Shown here one piece after another: positions 1-8,578 of a stretch of DNA of 27,961 nt. Numbering within the stretch: the first letter of the stretch is position 1; each line of letters starts with the position of its first letter. The notes under the pieces are model-generated. The model did not search any database. It was given only the letters and a program-made list of their open reading frames with translations, and was not told the origin of the DNA. Source of the stretch: a virus (lineage: Duplodnaviria; Caudoviricetes). Location of the stretch: IMG/VR virus record IMGVR_UViG_3300036855_000027, positions 1 through 27,961 of that record. One strand, given 5' to 3'. The position numbers and the translations under genes are program-made.

Positions 1-1
1 A

Positions 2-238
2 TCCCCGTCTATATGTCTCTCCCTCCCCGTCTGACCTGCGGAAACGTCGCTAGAAAAGATCTTCGTTTGCGCTTTTTTCACGATGCCTTTCTGGCTGAAG
101 CATCGGTTTTCCGCAGGTTTCTGAGGCGAAGCGCGGGTTTGATCTAGGAACTCGCGGTGTCTCGGCCGTTTCCACGGGGATATTCGCGGCCATATGGCAT
201 ACTCGCAGGCATATCCACTAGTGGGCATTTGCCCACTA
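2..238. repeat. Repeat/palindrome cluster upstream of terS (candidate packaging/cos-proximal region)
   Basis: TCCCCGTCT direct repeat (2-10, 24-32); ACCTGCGGAAA/TTTCCGCAGGT inverted repeat (34-44, 108-118); GCCATATGGC (189-198); TAGTGGGCA-TT-TGCCCACTA (219-238). Confidence 0.5.
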
Positions 239-257
239 CCTGGCGAGGGTGGTGACG

Positions 258-662
258 ATGGCTCTGACCAGCGCGGATCGGCTGCTCGCCCCGGCTGTCG
301 CCGAGACCCTCGCGGCCTTGAACCTCGGCGTGACCGACCTGGCGGCATCGAAGCTGGCTGAGCGGTACGCGGTCGAGCTCGACCAGGCTGTCGCGATCGC
401 CGCCCACGCGGACCGGGTGCTGAAGCTCGCCACCGAATCCGGCGATGAGGCGCTGCTGGAGCAGGTGACCGCGCTGCGGAACCGGCTCACGGCCCGGTCG
501 TGTGTCGCTGACCTCGGCCCGAAGCTGCTCGCGGTGCTCGACGAGGTCGGTGGGACGCCATTGGGGCGGGCCCGGATCGCGAAGCTGGCGCCGACGGCCA
601 AGGCCGGGCCGGTGCCGGGCAGTGCGGCGTTGACGAAGATCGTGGGGGCGTTGGGTGCCTGA
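258..662 (+). CDS. terS: Terminase small subunit
   Basis: Helical ~135 aa ORF directly upstream of and overlapping terL. LGPKLLAVLDEVGGTPLGR resembles the actinophage TerS C-terminal motif. Alternative GTG start at 249. Confidence 0.8.
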   Translation: MALTSADRLLAPAVAETLAALNLGVTDLAASKLAERYAVELDQAVAIAAHADRVLKLATESGDEALLEQVTALRNRLTARSCVADLGPKLLAVLDEVGGTPLGRARIAKLAPTAKAGPVPGSAALTKIVGALGA

Positions 663-2463
663 CGCGACGTGCCGGAAGTGCGGTGAACCGTTCGAGCGGC
701 CGACGCGTGGCCGTCCTCGCATGGACTGCTACCGCTGCCAGCCGCGCGTCCGCCCGTCCAGCGCGGCCGTCAGCGCCCCAGAAGCAGGCGGCGGACCGGT
801 TGCCGCCGCGCAGTCGTCTCCGGTGCCGAGAGCGGTCACACTCGACGTGGCCGCTACCCCCGACTCGACACCGGAGACGCTCGACCCGGACGAGATGACC
901 GGCGATCAGGTCGACGCGGTCATCGAGATCATGGAACAGCAGTTCCCGGGGCCGCTCGGGTTCACGGAACCGCGGCTATTCACGCCGCCGTTGCGTGAGC
1001 TGACACCGGAGACCAGTCTCGGGTTCGCGTTCATCTACTTCTGCCATTTCGTGTTGCGCGAGTCGCTGCTGCCGTGGCAGAAGTGGCTGGCGATCCACGC
1101 GCTGGAGTTGGCACCCGGCTACGTGACCAGCACGCCGGGATGGCGGTTCCGGTTCAAGTTCGTGCTGGTGTTAGTGGCCCGGCAGAACGGCAAATCGGAC
1201 TTCAGTCGCCGTCTGAAGTTGTTCCGCATGTACGCCATGAAGGCCAAGCTCGTGATCGGCACGGCGCAGGATCTCGACGTGGCCCGGTCGATGCTGGCCA
1301 AGACGAACGAGATGGTCGACGACTGCGAGGTCCTCGCCCAGCAGAAGATCAGCTACATCACGGCGAACGGCAAGGAGAAGCTGAGCCTCACCGGTAACCG
1401 GGAATATGTGCTCAAGGCCAGCAACAAGAAGGCCGGGCGTGGCCCGACGGCGGATCACGTTGACCTCGACGAGCTGCGCGAGCATCACGACTGGGGCGCG
1501 TGGGGTGCGCTGTCGAAGACGATCCGGGCGGTCCGCAACGGCCAACTGTGGGGGTTCAGCAATGCGGGCGACGACCAGAGCAAGGTGTTGAACAAGCTGC
1601 AACGCAACGCGACTGCGCGGATCACTGGCAAGCCGGTGGTCGACGAGGATCAGGCGGTTCCTGAAGGCGCGGTCGTTGCCGAGGACGCGACCCAGACGTT
1701 CATGGCCGAATGGTCGGCGCGCCCGGGGTGCGAGCTGACCGATGTGGACGAGATCCGGCAGGCTAATCCCGGCTTGGGCTACCTGTTCGGGATTGATTCG
1801 ATCTGGGCGGACCTGGAGAACGACCCGGCCGAGGTGTTCCGCACCGAGGTCTTGTGCCAGCGGGTGGACCAGTTGGATGGGGCGATCAACCTGGAGTCGT
1901 GGAAGGACTGCAAGGACGAGGGCGGTTCGCTCGCCGAGCACCGCGACAACCTCGTCTTGGCGGTCGAGGTCGCCCCGGACAGCGCGCACGTGTCCGCGGT
2001 CATCACCGCGCTGCTGCCCGGCGACCGGTATCGGGTCGAGGCGGCCGGCGCGTGGGACCGGATCGAGGCCGCGTTGCCCGCGCTGCGCGACATCAAAGCC
2101 CGGATCAACCCGCGGCGCGCCGTGTGGTTCCCGGCCGGGCCGTCGGCGGCGATCGGCGCCGACCTGCGGAACATGTTCGACGCAGACGACATCTACGAGA
2201 TCACCGGCGCTGAAGTCGCCGAGACGTGCATGTCCTTCGCGGCGCTGGTGGACCGGCGAGCGGTGCTGCATCCGAACGATCCGCTGCTCAACGCGCAGGT
2301 CGCTGGTGCGGGCAAGTGGAAGACCGGTGACACGTGGCGGTTTGCCCGCTCGGGTGCTGCGCATGTGGATGCCGTGTATGCGATGGCGGGTGCGGTGCAG
2401 GCCGTGCGGACGATGCCGGAAGAAGTGGTCCCCGTCGAGCCGATGGTGCTGGCGGCATGGTGA
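655..2463 (+). CDS. terL: Terminase large subunit with N-terminal CxxC...CxxC extension
   Basis: LLPWQ adenine-binding motif, Walker A VARQNGKS, Walker B VDLDELRE, ANPGLG, C-terminal nuclease HVDAVYA. Confidence 0.96.
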   Translation: MPDATCRKCGEPFERPTRGRPRMDCYRCQPRVRPSSAAVSAPEAGGGPVAAAQSSPVPRAVTLDVAATPDSTPETLDPDEMTGDQVDAVIEIMEQQFPGPLGFTEPRLFTPPLRELTPETSLGFAFIYFCHFVLRESLLPWQKWLAIHALELAPGYVTSTPGWRFRFKFVLVLVARQNGKSDFSRRLKLFRMYAMKAKLVIGTAQDLDVARSMLAKTNEMVDDCEVLAQQKISYITANGKEKLSLTGNREYVLKASNKKAGRGPTADHVDLDELREHHDWGAWGALSKTIRAVRNGQLWGFSNAGDDQSKVLNKLQRNATARITGKPVVDEDQAVPEGAVVAEDATQTFMAEWSARPGCELTDVDEIRQANPGLGYLFGIDSIWADLENDPAEVFRTEVLCQRVDQLDGAINLESWKDCKDEGGSLAEHRDNLVLAVEVAPDSAHVSAVITALLPGDRYRVEAAGAWDRIEAALPALRDIKARINPRRAVWFPAGPSAAIGADLRNMFDADDIYEITGAEVAETCMSFAALVDRRAVLHPNDPLLNAQVAGAGKWKTGDTWRFARSGAAHVDAVYAMAGAVQAVRTMPEEVVPVEPMVLAAW

Positions 2464-2473
2464 GGGAGACGAT

Positions 2474-2770
2474 ATGACGACGGCTGACCCGTGGCTGAAT
2501 CCGGCGCTGCTCGAACCGGAGCGCCCTGGCTGGTTGCGCCGGGCTGCCGGCGCGGTGGCACGTTTCGCGTCGAGTTCGCGGCGTAAGGCTCTGGTGACCG
2601 GTGCGAAGGCGATCGTGGCGACGATCCGGGGCCGGTTCACTCTCGCGCAGCTCGCCGGTGGCGCGTCCGCGTCTGCTGGCGTGTTCGTGCTCTGGGGTCT
2701 GGGGGTCGGCCTGCTCGCGACCGGGCTGGCTGTGCTGGCAGCGTCTACCGTGCTGGAAAGGCAGACCTGA
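2474..2770 (+). CDS. Small membrane protein between terL and portal
   Basis: RBS GAGGGAG, ATG 2474, hydrophobic C-terminus (GVFVLWGLGVGLLATGLAVLAA), TGATG overlap with portal. Confidence 0.75.
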   Translation: MTTADPWLNPALLEPERPGWLRRAAGAVARFASSSRRKALVTGAKAIVATIRGRFTLAQLAGGASASAGVFVLWGLGVGLLATGLAVLAASTVLERQT

Positions 2771-4227
2771 TGGGGCTCGGGCGCAGGCAGTACCGGTCGA
2801 TGATCGGGAATGACGGCACCGGCAATATCGGGCCGCTGTCGATCGGCGGCCAGTTGGACACGCGGTTCAACGGCGGGTTCCAGGGTCAGTACGGCAGCAG
2901 CCAGGCGAACCTGTGGGTGTACCGCGGTGCGCTGCGGATCCCGGCCGTGTGGAAAGCGACCATGCTGGTTGCCGAACTGCTGGCGCAGGTCCAGTGGGAT
3001 GGCTACACGGTGCACGGCAAGGACAAGCCCGAACTAGTTGCCCGGCCGCAACTGCTGGAGCAGCCCGCCCCGCCGGACACTCGGTTCACGGTGTTGCGCT
3101 CAGGCATGATCGACTACATTCACGACGGCAACGCGATCTGGATCGTGGCCGCACGCAACGCATTGGGCGTCCCGACAGCGGTGTGGCCGGTGCCCGCCAG
3201 TTGGGTCGGTGTCCGGCGCATCACCCCGGCCAACGCGGGCACCACGATGCTGCCGATCGGCGCCATCGAATATCAGGTGGGATCCCGGAAGTTCTCCTCC
3301 AAGGACGTGATCCATTTCAAAGGTCCGTGTGCACCGGGCGCGCTGCGTGGCGCCGGTGTGCTGGAACTGTTCCTGGACGGCACGTTCGAGACCGCGCACG
3401 AGCAAGAGCGTGAGGCGCAGAAGATGTCCCGGCACGGGGTGCCTGCCGGGATCCTGAAGTTCCTGAACGATAACGCGCCCGTGAAGCCGCGCTCGGACGG
3501 CAAAGTCCCGACCATGCAAGAGCGGATGCGCGAAGCGGCCGATTCGTGGCTGGCCGCGCGCGACCACTCCGGTGTGGCCGTCATGAACTCGGCGGTCGAC
3601 TTCACGCCGCTGGCGTGGAACCCCGATCAGATGCAGATGATCCAGGCACGCCAGTTCACGCTGTTGCAGATCGCGAACATCATGCGCGTGCCACCGCAGT
3701 TCGTCGGTGCGGCGATCAACGGAGGAGCATCCCTCACCTATGCCACGTCGGAGACGGGTGGCAGGGAACTGTTGCGGGACACGATGGGCGGGCATTTCGC
3801 GCAGTGGGAGCAGACGATCTCGCTGGTGTTGCCGCGCGGCACGCAAGCCAAGGCGAACTTGGACGAGTTCCTGAAGGCGGACATGTTGCAGCGGTTCCAG
3901 GCGTACGCGGCCGGTATCGACGCCGGATTCCTGATGCCCAACCACGATGTGCGCCCGCTGGAAGGGCTTGACGATCAGCCGCACCTCGACGAAGCACCGA
4001 CCGGCAGTGTCGCGAAGAACCTCAACAAGGGCCTGTCCATCGAGGACATCGGGCTCAAGCAGGCGGTCGAAGGCGACGTCGGTGGTGTGCTCGGCAAGGG
4101 CCTGTCGACCAGCGGCAAGATTGTTCAGGCTCCGGTGGAGAACTCCGCCGGGAAGCTCGTTCAGGCACAGGCAAGCCGGTTGCAGCCGAAGCAACTTCCG
4201 GCTGCCAACCAGAGCGGTGGTCAGTGA
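2770..4227 (+). CDS. Portal protein (HK97 family)
   Basis: ALRIPAVWKA, DGNAIW, DVIHFK, IANIMRVPPQFVG motifs; position after terL. Confidence 0.95.
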   Translation: MGLGRRQYRSMIGNDGTGNIGPLSIGGQLDTRFNGGFQGQYGSSQANLWVYRGALRIPAVWKATMLVAELLAQVQWDGYTVHGKDKPELVARPQLLEQPAPPDTRFTVLRSGMIDYIHDGNAIWIVAARNALGVPTAVWPVPASWVGVRRITPANAGTTMLPIGAIEYQVGSRKFSSKDVIHFKGPCAPGALRGAGVLELFLDGTFETAHEQEREAQKMSRHGVPAGILKFLNDNAPVKPRSDGKVPTMQERMREAADSWLAARDHSGVAVMNSAVDFTPLAWNPDQMQMIQARQFTLLQIANIMRVPPQFVGAAINGGASLTYATSETGGRELLRDTMGGHFAQWEQTISLVLPRGTQAKANLDEFLKADMLQRFQAYAAGIDAGFLMPNHDVRPLEGLDDQPHLDEAPTGSVAKNLNKGLSIEDIGLKQAVEGDVGGVLGKGLSTSGKIVQAPVENSAGKLVQAQASRLQPKQLPAANQSGGQ

Positions 4228-5468
4228 TGCAGCCAGTGTCCGAGGAGTCCATGGATGCGGTGCGCACCTCCAAGCTGCCGTTCGGGCCTGGACACGCGCT
4301 TTGGACGTATTGGACTGTCGGTGAGGGTTCGGCCAAGTGGTTGAGCTCGCCGACCCCGTGGACCACGCTGCATGCGTTGCTGCTCAAGTACGTTGGCCCG
4401 CAAGCAGCGGGCGAGACGACGAACGTCATGCTCGCTACCCCGGCAGGCCGGGCGCTGTTCGAGGCTCACCACCAAGGCGGCCAGCGTGCTGCCGTCACCA
4501 TGGATTCAGGAGGGGTGGGAATCGTGGCGCCGACCAACGCGACGACCGTCACCGAGCACGGCAACATCACCGCCCCGGACGCTGGAGCGCTCGACACTGC
4601 CGCACGCGCGTACTGCGCGTCGCAGGGCTGGGCCATGTCCGACGGCAGCTACCCGATCCGCCCGGCCGACAACCACGGCGCCGACGACGCAGGCAAGGCA
4701 ATCCACGCGGTCGGCCGCGGTGGTTCGTCGGGCGACAGCATCCGCCGGCACATCATCGGCCGGTTGCACACGATCGGGCAGGCCGACCTGATCCCCGACA
4801 CCTGGAACGCCAAGGGTGCGCTGGTCGCGGCGGGCAGCCAGACCGGCATGCGGTCGGTCGAGACGGGTCTTCTGGACCGCGTGCAGTACCGGTTCGCCGC
4901 CGACCTCGAGCTGCGTGCGGGTGGTGACGGCCGGACGATCGTCGGTATCGCGGTGCCCTACGGCCAGGTTCAGCGCATCGACGACAAGCTGACCGAGGCG
5001 TTCGACGGCGACCAGAACCATGGGCCGTTCGATCACCAACTGCGCGCCATGCACCGGGTCGGCTACTGGAACCTCCACTCGGTGCACGGCGGCACGGAGG
5101 TCGGGCACATCAAGTACGCGCGCAACGACGCGGCGGGCCTGTACACCGAGTCGTTCGTCAGCCCTGACGACCCGGATGGCGACCGCACCCTCGACGAGAT
5201 CCGGTCAGGTATGAAGCCGCAGCAGTCGGTCGGGTTCGAGACGGGGCCCGGCGGTACCCAACATCGTTCTGGTGTGGCGCACCGCACCCGGGCTGATCTG
5301 ACCGAGCTGGCGGCTGTTCCGGAGGGCGCGTACGGCGCCGGGGCTGCGGTGACCGGGGTCCGAGCGTCGACGGCGGAGTGCCCGGAGTGTGCTCTGCGCG
5401 CGGCCGCCGAAGCAGACCACCGGTTGGCACAGCTGCGTGCGTTGGCGGTGAGTCTGCCCGTGTTGTGA
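4227..5468 (+). CDS. Prohead protease (HK97 type) with two N-terminal accessory domains
   Basis: C-terminal half: GRTIVGIAVPYG, His (NLHSVH), DAAGLY, Ser (QSVGF), LTELAAVPEGAY. N-terminal YWTVGEG and AMSDGSYPI domains. Confidence 0.9.
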   Translation: MQPVSEESMDAVRTSKLPFGPGHALWTYWTVGEGSAKWLSSPTPWTTLHALLLKYVGPQAAGETTNVMLATPAGRALFEAHHQGGQRAAVTMDSGGVGIVAPTNATTVTEHGNITAPDAGALDTAARAYCASQGWAMSDGSYPIRPADNHGADDAGKAIHAVGRGGSSGDSIRRHIIGRLHTIGQADLIPDTWNAKGALVAAGSQTGMRSVETGLLDRVQYRFAADLELRAGGDGRTIVGIAVPYGQVQRIDDKLTEAFDGDQNHGPFDHQLRAMHRVGYWNLHSVHGGTEVGHIKYARNDAAGLYTESFVSPDDPDGDRTLDEIRSGMKPQQSVGFETGPGGTQHRSGVAHRTRADLTELAAVPEGAYGAGAAVTGVRASTAECPECALRAAAEADHRLAQLRALAVSLPVL

Positions 5469-5639
5469 TAGTGGGGAGCACCCACTGTCTGATATCTTGA
5501 CCAAAAGCGAAGACGCCCGACCCCCCGCCCGCGAACGCAGACACCCCGGCAATTGGCCGACACCCCTGTTGACGCGGTGACGACACACCGGACGCACCGA
5601 GACACCAACCATTCGATGCGCACCCGGGAGGGGTGGATC

Positions 5640-7043
5640 ATGGGTGACACCTATCTGGACGTGGCGAGGAAGAACTTCGCCGACCTCCAGACCAAGATCA
5701 CCAAAGTGCAGGCTGACGCTGCTGCGAGCGGCAAGGGCCTGACCGAGGAAGAGTTCCGCGCGGTCAAGACCGATGTGGACGCCGCCAAGGACCTCGCAAC
5801 ACAGATCAAGGAACTCATCGACAACGAGGCGCAGATGCGCGCGGTCGGCGAGTTGGCGGCATCGATGGGCACCGGTGAGACCGGCGACGGCGACCCCGAT
5901 GCGGGCAAGGACGACGACACTGACGGCGAGCAGCACCGCAGTGCAGCCACCACGAACCAGCGCGACCCGGGCCACTACCGCTCGGTTGCGCAGCGCGGCT
6001 CACGTTCGTTCTTCTCTGACCTGTTCCTGGCTGGGCAGAAGAACCCCAACCAGGATGCGGTGAAGCGCATCTCAGAGCACAGCGCGTTCATGCGCGCGGC
6101 GGGCCCCGTCACGCAGGCGTCCGGCGGTCTGGGCATCGTGCCCCCGAAGTGGCTGACCGACGAATACCTCAAGATGGGCCGTCAGGGCCGTGTGGTCGCG
6201 AACCTGGTCCGCAACCTGCCGATCGGCGACGACCCGCGCCCGCTGGTGCTGCCGAAGCAGACCGCCCAGGTCGACGCGGACATGACCGCGCAGACCAACG
6301 AAGGCGCCAACAACAGCGGCTGGGGTGACCCGCTGTTCACCACGAACACCGACACCCTGACCCCGGTCGCGAACGCGGCCTACCAGGACGTGTCGCGCCA
6401 GCTGCTCGCCGCCGGTATCCCGTCCGCCGATGTGCTGATCCTCCAGGACCTGCACGACGCGTGGGACCTCAAGGTGGAGAAGGCGGTGTGCACCGCGATC
6501 GTCGGCGGCACCGCGGCTACCACGTTCGCCACCGACTACTCGGTCGCGGCGGGCTCCGCCACCAACACCCAGTTCAACTACGTGGGTGGCGCGGGCGCTG
6601 GCTCGGCGGCCATCAACGCGGTCATCGACGGCCAGACCTCCGTGGCGAACGCGCTCTACGGCCCGGCCGACATCGCGGTCATGAACTACTCGAGGTTCGG
6701 GAAGTTCCGCAAGCTGGTCGACCTCAACGGCCGCCCGCTGATGCCGGTCAGCCGCTACAACCCGCAGAACGCGGCGGGCGCGCTGGACAAGATGCTGGTC
6801 GGCGACATCGAGGGCGTGGACGCCTACGGCACCAACGGTATCGCCGGTACCTCGGTCCCGAGCTCGGAGAAGTTCGCGGTGCTGCGCTCGCAGGCTGTGC
6901 TCCTCGCCGAGTCGACTCTGCTGGAGTTCAACTACGAGCAGATCGTCGGGCCGTCCTCAGTGCGGATGGGCATCTTCGGCTACTTCGGTGCCCTGGTTCG
7001 TGTCGCGGCCGCCGTGCAGGTCTTCACCGTGACGGCTGCCTGA
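5640..7043 (+). CDS. Major capsid protein (HK97 fold, N-terminal coiled-coil delta domain)
   Basis: RBS GGGAGGGG before ATG 5640; coiled-coil N-terminus; GGLGIVPPKW, VSRQLL, LVDLNGRPL motifs. Confidence 0.93.
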   Translation: MGDTYLDVARKNFADLQTKITKVQADAAASGKGLTEEEFRAVKTDVDAAKDLATQIKELIDNEAQMRAVGELAASMGTGETGDGDPDAGKDDDTDGEQHRSAATTNQRDPGHYRSVAQRGSRSFFSDLFLAGQKNPNQDAVKRISEHSAFMRAAGPVTQASGGLGIVPPKWLTDEYLKMGRQGRVVANLVRNLPIGDDPRPLVLPKQTAQVDADMTAQTNEGANNSGWGDPLFTTNTDTLTPVANAAYQDVSRQLLAAGIPSADVLILQDLHDAWDLKVEKAVCTAIVGGTAATTFATDYSVAAGSATNTQFNYVGGAGAGSAAINAVIDGQTSVANALYGPADIAVMNYSRFGKFRKLVDLNGRPLMPVSRYNPQNAAGALDKMLVGDIEGVDAYGTNGIAGTSVPSSEKFAVLRSQAVLLAESTLLEFNYEQIVGPSSVRMGIFGYFGALVRVAAAVQVFTVTAA

Positions 7044-7045
7044 TC

Positions 7046-7408
7046 ATGCCTCTCGGTGTGTGGCCGCCGACGCTGGCCGACGTGAAAGCGGATGCCGCGA
7101 TCCCCGACGGGTCAACTGACCCGGGGGACGCGGTGATCGCGGCACGGCTGGCGTCGGCGGTCGCATTCGTCCGGCGCAAGCGCCCCGATTTCAACTACGA
7201 CAGCGATCCGCTGTCGTGCCTGCCCGCGCCGACTGACGACCTGTGGCAGGGCACCGTGATGTTGGCGGTGCGGATCGTGGAGCGGCGCCGTTCACCGGAC
7301 ATGATGGTCGGCTCTGGTGATCTCGGTGTGTCCCGGGTCGCCAGCTATGACCCGGACATCAACCGTCTGCTCGGTATCGGGCCTGAGGTAGAGGCGGCGT
7401 TCTTCTGA
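7046..7408 (+). CDS. Head-tail connector (gp6-like)
   Basis: PPTLADVK start, GTVMLAVRIVERRRSP, DPDINRLLGIG; follows capsid gene. Confidence 0.85.
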   Translation: MPLGVWPPTLADVKADAAIPDGSTDPGDAVIAARLASAVAFVRRKRPDFNYDSDPLSCLPAPTDDLWQGTVMLAVRIVERRRSPDMMVGSGDLGVSRVASYDPDINRLLGIGPEVEAAFF

Positions 7409-7773
7409 TGACGGCGGAAGAAGCAGCACAGGCCATCGCGGACGCCGTGTCCCTACTGGACGGGTACACGGTGGTCACCACCGGCGGGGCCGCTCTGTCG
7501 TCGTTCCCGGCGGTGTGCGTTCCTCTGCCGGAATTGCAGTGGAATTCGGCCGCATACAACGACCCCGATCCGAACCAGGCTGTGTTCCAGATCGCGGTGG
7601 TGGTCAAGGCTGACGCGTACGCGATACAGAACCTGCACGCCGCGATCGGCCCTGTCGTTCGTGCATTGTGGACCGTCAGCAACGCTGATGTGACGCAAGC
7701 GATCCCTGGTACTTTCCCGCAAGGCTCTAGCGATTTGCCTTGCTACTTCGCGACTTGTGAGGTCGACCTATGA
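7408..7773 (+). CDS. Putative tail terminator / head-tail joining protein
   Basis: Position between connector and major tail protein; translationally coupled; PAVCV and LPCY motifs. Confidence 0.65.
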   Translation: MTAEEAAQAIADAVSLLDGYTVVTTGGAALSSFPAVCVPLPELQWNSAAYNDPDPNQAVFQIAVVVKADAYAIQNLHAAIGPVVRALWTVSNADVTQAIPGTFPQGSSDLPCYFATCEVDL

Positions 7774-8192
7774 GCGTGCATCAGAACCGGCTCAAAATCC
7801 TGAACTTCACGATTGACGGCATCGCGTTCGACTGCCAGATCAACTCGTGGAACATGAACCCCAACGCCAAGACCGGCACGCACGAGTACACCTACTGTGC
7901 GGCGGGCGAGGGCAACAACGATTTCTACGAGGAGACCGACGACCAGTGGACGTTGGAGATCAAGTTTTTCTCTGACTGGCGCGTCAACGGGATCTCCGAC
8001 TATCTGATGTCCCACAACAAGGACGTCGCCGCGTTCGTGCTCGACCATCACCCGGACATCTCGGGTGAGCACGTGCGGTGGTCCGGCAACCTGGTTGTCC
8101 TGGCTCCCGCGATCGGCGGCGACTCCCGCACCACGGAGTCGCAGGACATCACGTTCTCCGTGCTGGGCATCCCGGACTACGAGAGGGTCTGA
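7770..8192 (+). CDS. Major tail protein (minimal, 140 aa)
   Basis: Beta-rich; FDCQI, WTLEI, GGD...T motifs typical of small actinophage tail tube proteins; position. Confidence 0.8.
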   Translation: MSVHQNRLKILNFTIDGIAFDCQINSWNMNPNAKTGTHEYTYCAAGEGNNDFYEETDDQWTLEIKFFSDWRVNGISDYLMSHNKDVAAFVLDHHPDISGEHVRWSGNLVVLAPAIGGDSRTTESQDITFSVLGIPDYERV

Positions 8193-8194
8193 TC

Positions 8195-8578
8195 ATGGCG
8201 AATCGCATCAGCACGGTGGCGCAGGTGTGGCCGCCGGTCAACGGCAACCCGGGCGGTGTCGCGCTCGACTACTCCGTGGCGGTCACCGCTGACGGCGACG
8301 TGGTTGACGCGGGCCGCACGTTCATCGTGGTGGCCAACGGTTCTGGGTCGTCCATCAACGTCACCGTGGCAGCGACCCAGACCGTCAAGGGGCTGGCCGT
8401 CAGCAACATGGTGGTGGCTGTCGCCGCGGGCAAGACCGAGGTGATTGGCCCGTTCCCGAAGGACGTTTTCGGGCAGCCCTCGGGCGCGAACGCGTCCGGC
8501 GGCGACGACGAAGGCCGCGTGTACGTCAACTACTCGGCGATCACCACGGTGACCCGAGCGGTGGTGGCCTACTCATGA
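8195..8578 (+). CDS. Small beta-sandwich virion protein (putative decoration protein)
   Basis: ATG 8195 after GAGAGGG; Val/Thr/Ala-rich (VVANGSGSSINVTV, VAVAAGKTEVIGPF). Confidence 0.6.
   Translation: MANRISTVAQVWPPVNGNPGGVALDYSVAVTADGDVVDAGRTFIVVANGSGSSINVTVAATQTVKGLAVSNMVVAVAAGKTEVIGPFPKDVFGQPSGANASGGDDEGRVYVNYSAITTVTRAVVAYS

Noticed and set aside
1171-3015. 614-aa minus-strand ORF and similar long antisense ORFs (3100-4194, 12186-13226, 13461-14465, 25369-26460)
   Set aside because: Shadow frames of high-GC genes, with low-complexity translations and no recognisable motifs.
6461-8578. Possible frameshift fusions capsid-connector and tail tube-decoration (both junctions read TGATCATG with open -1 frames upstream)
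   Set aside because: No slippery heptamer found near either stop, and long open frames are expected at this GC content.
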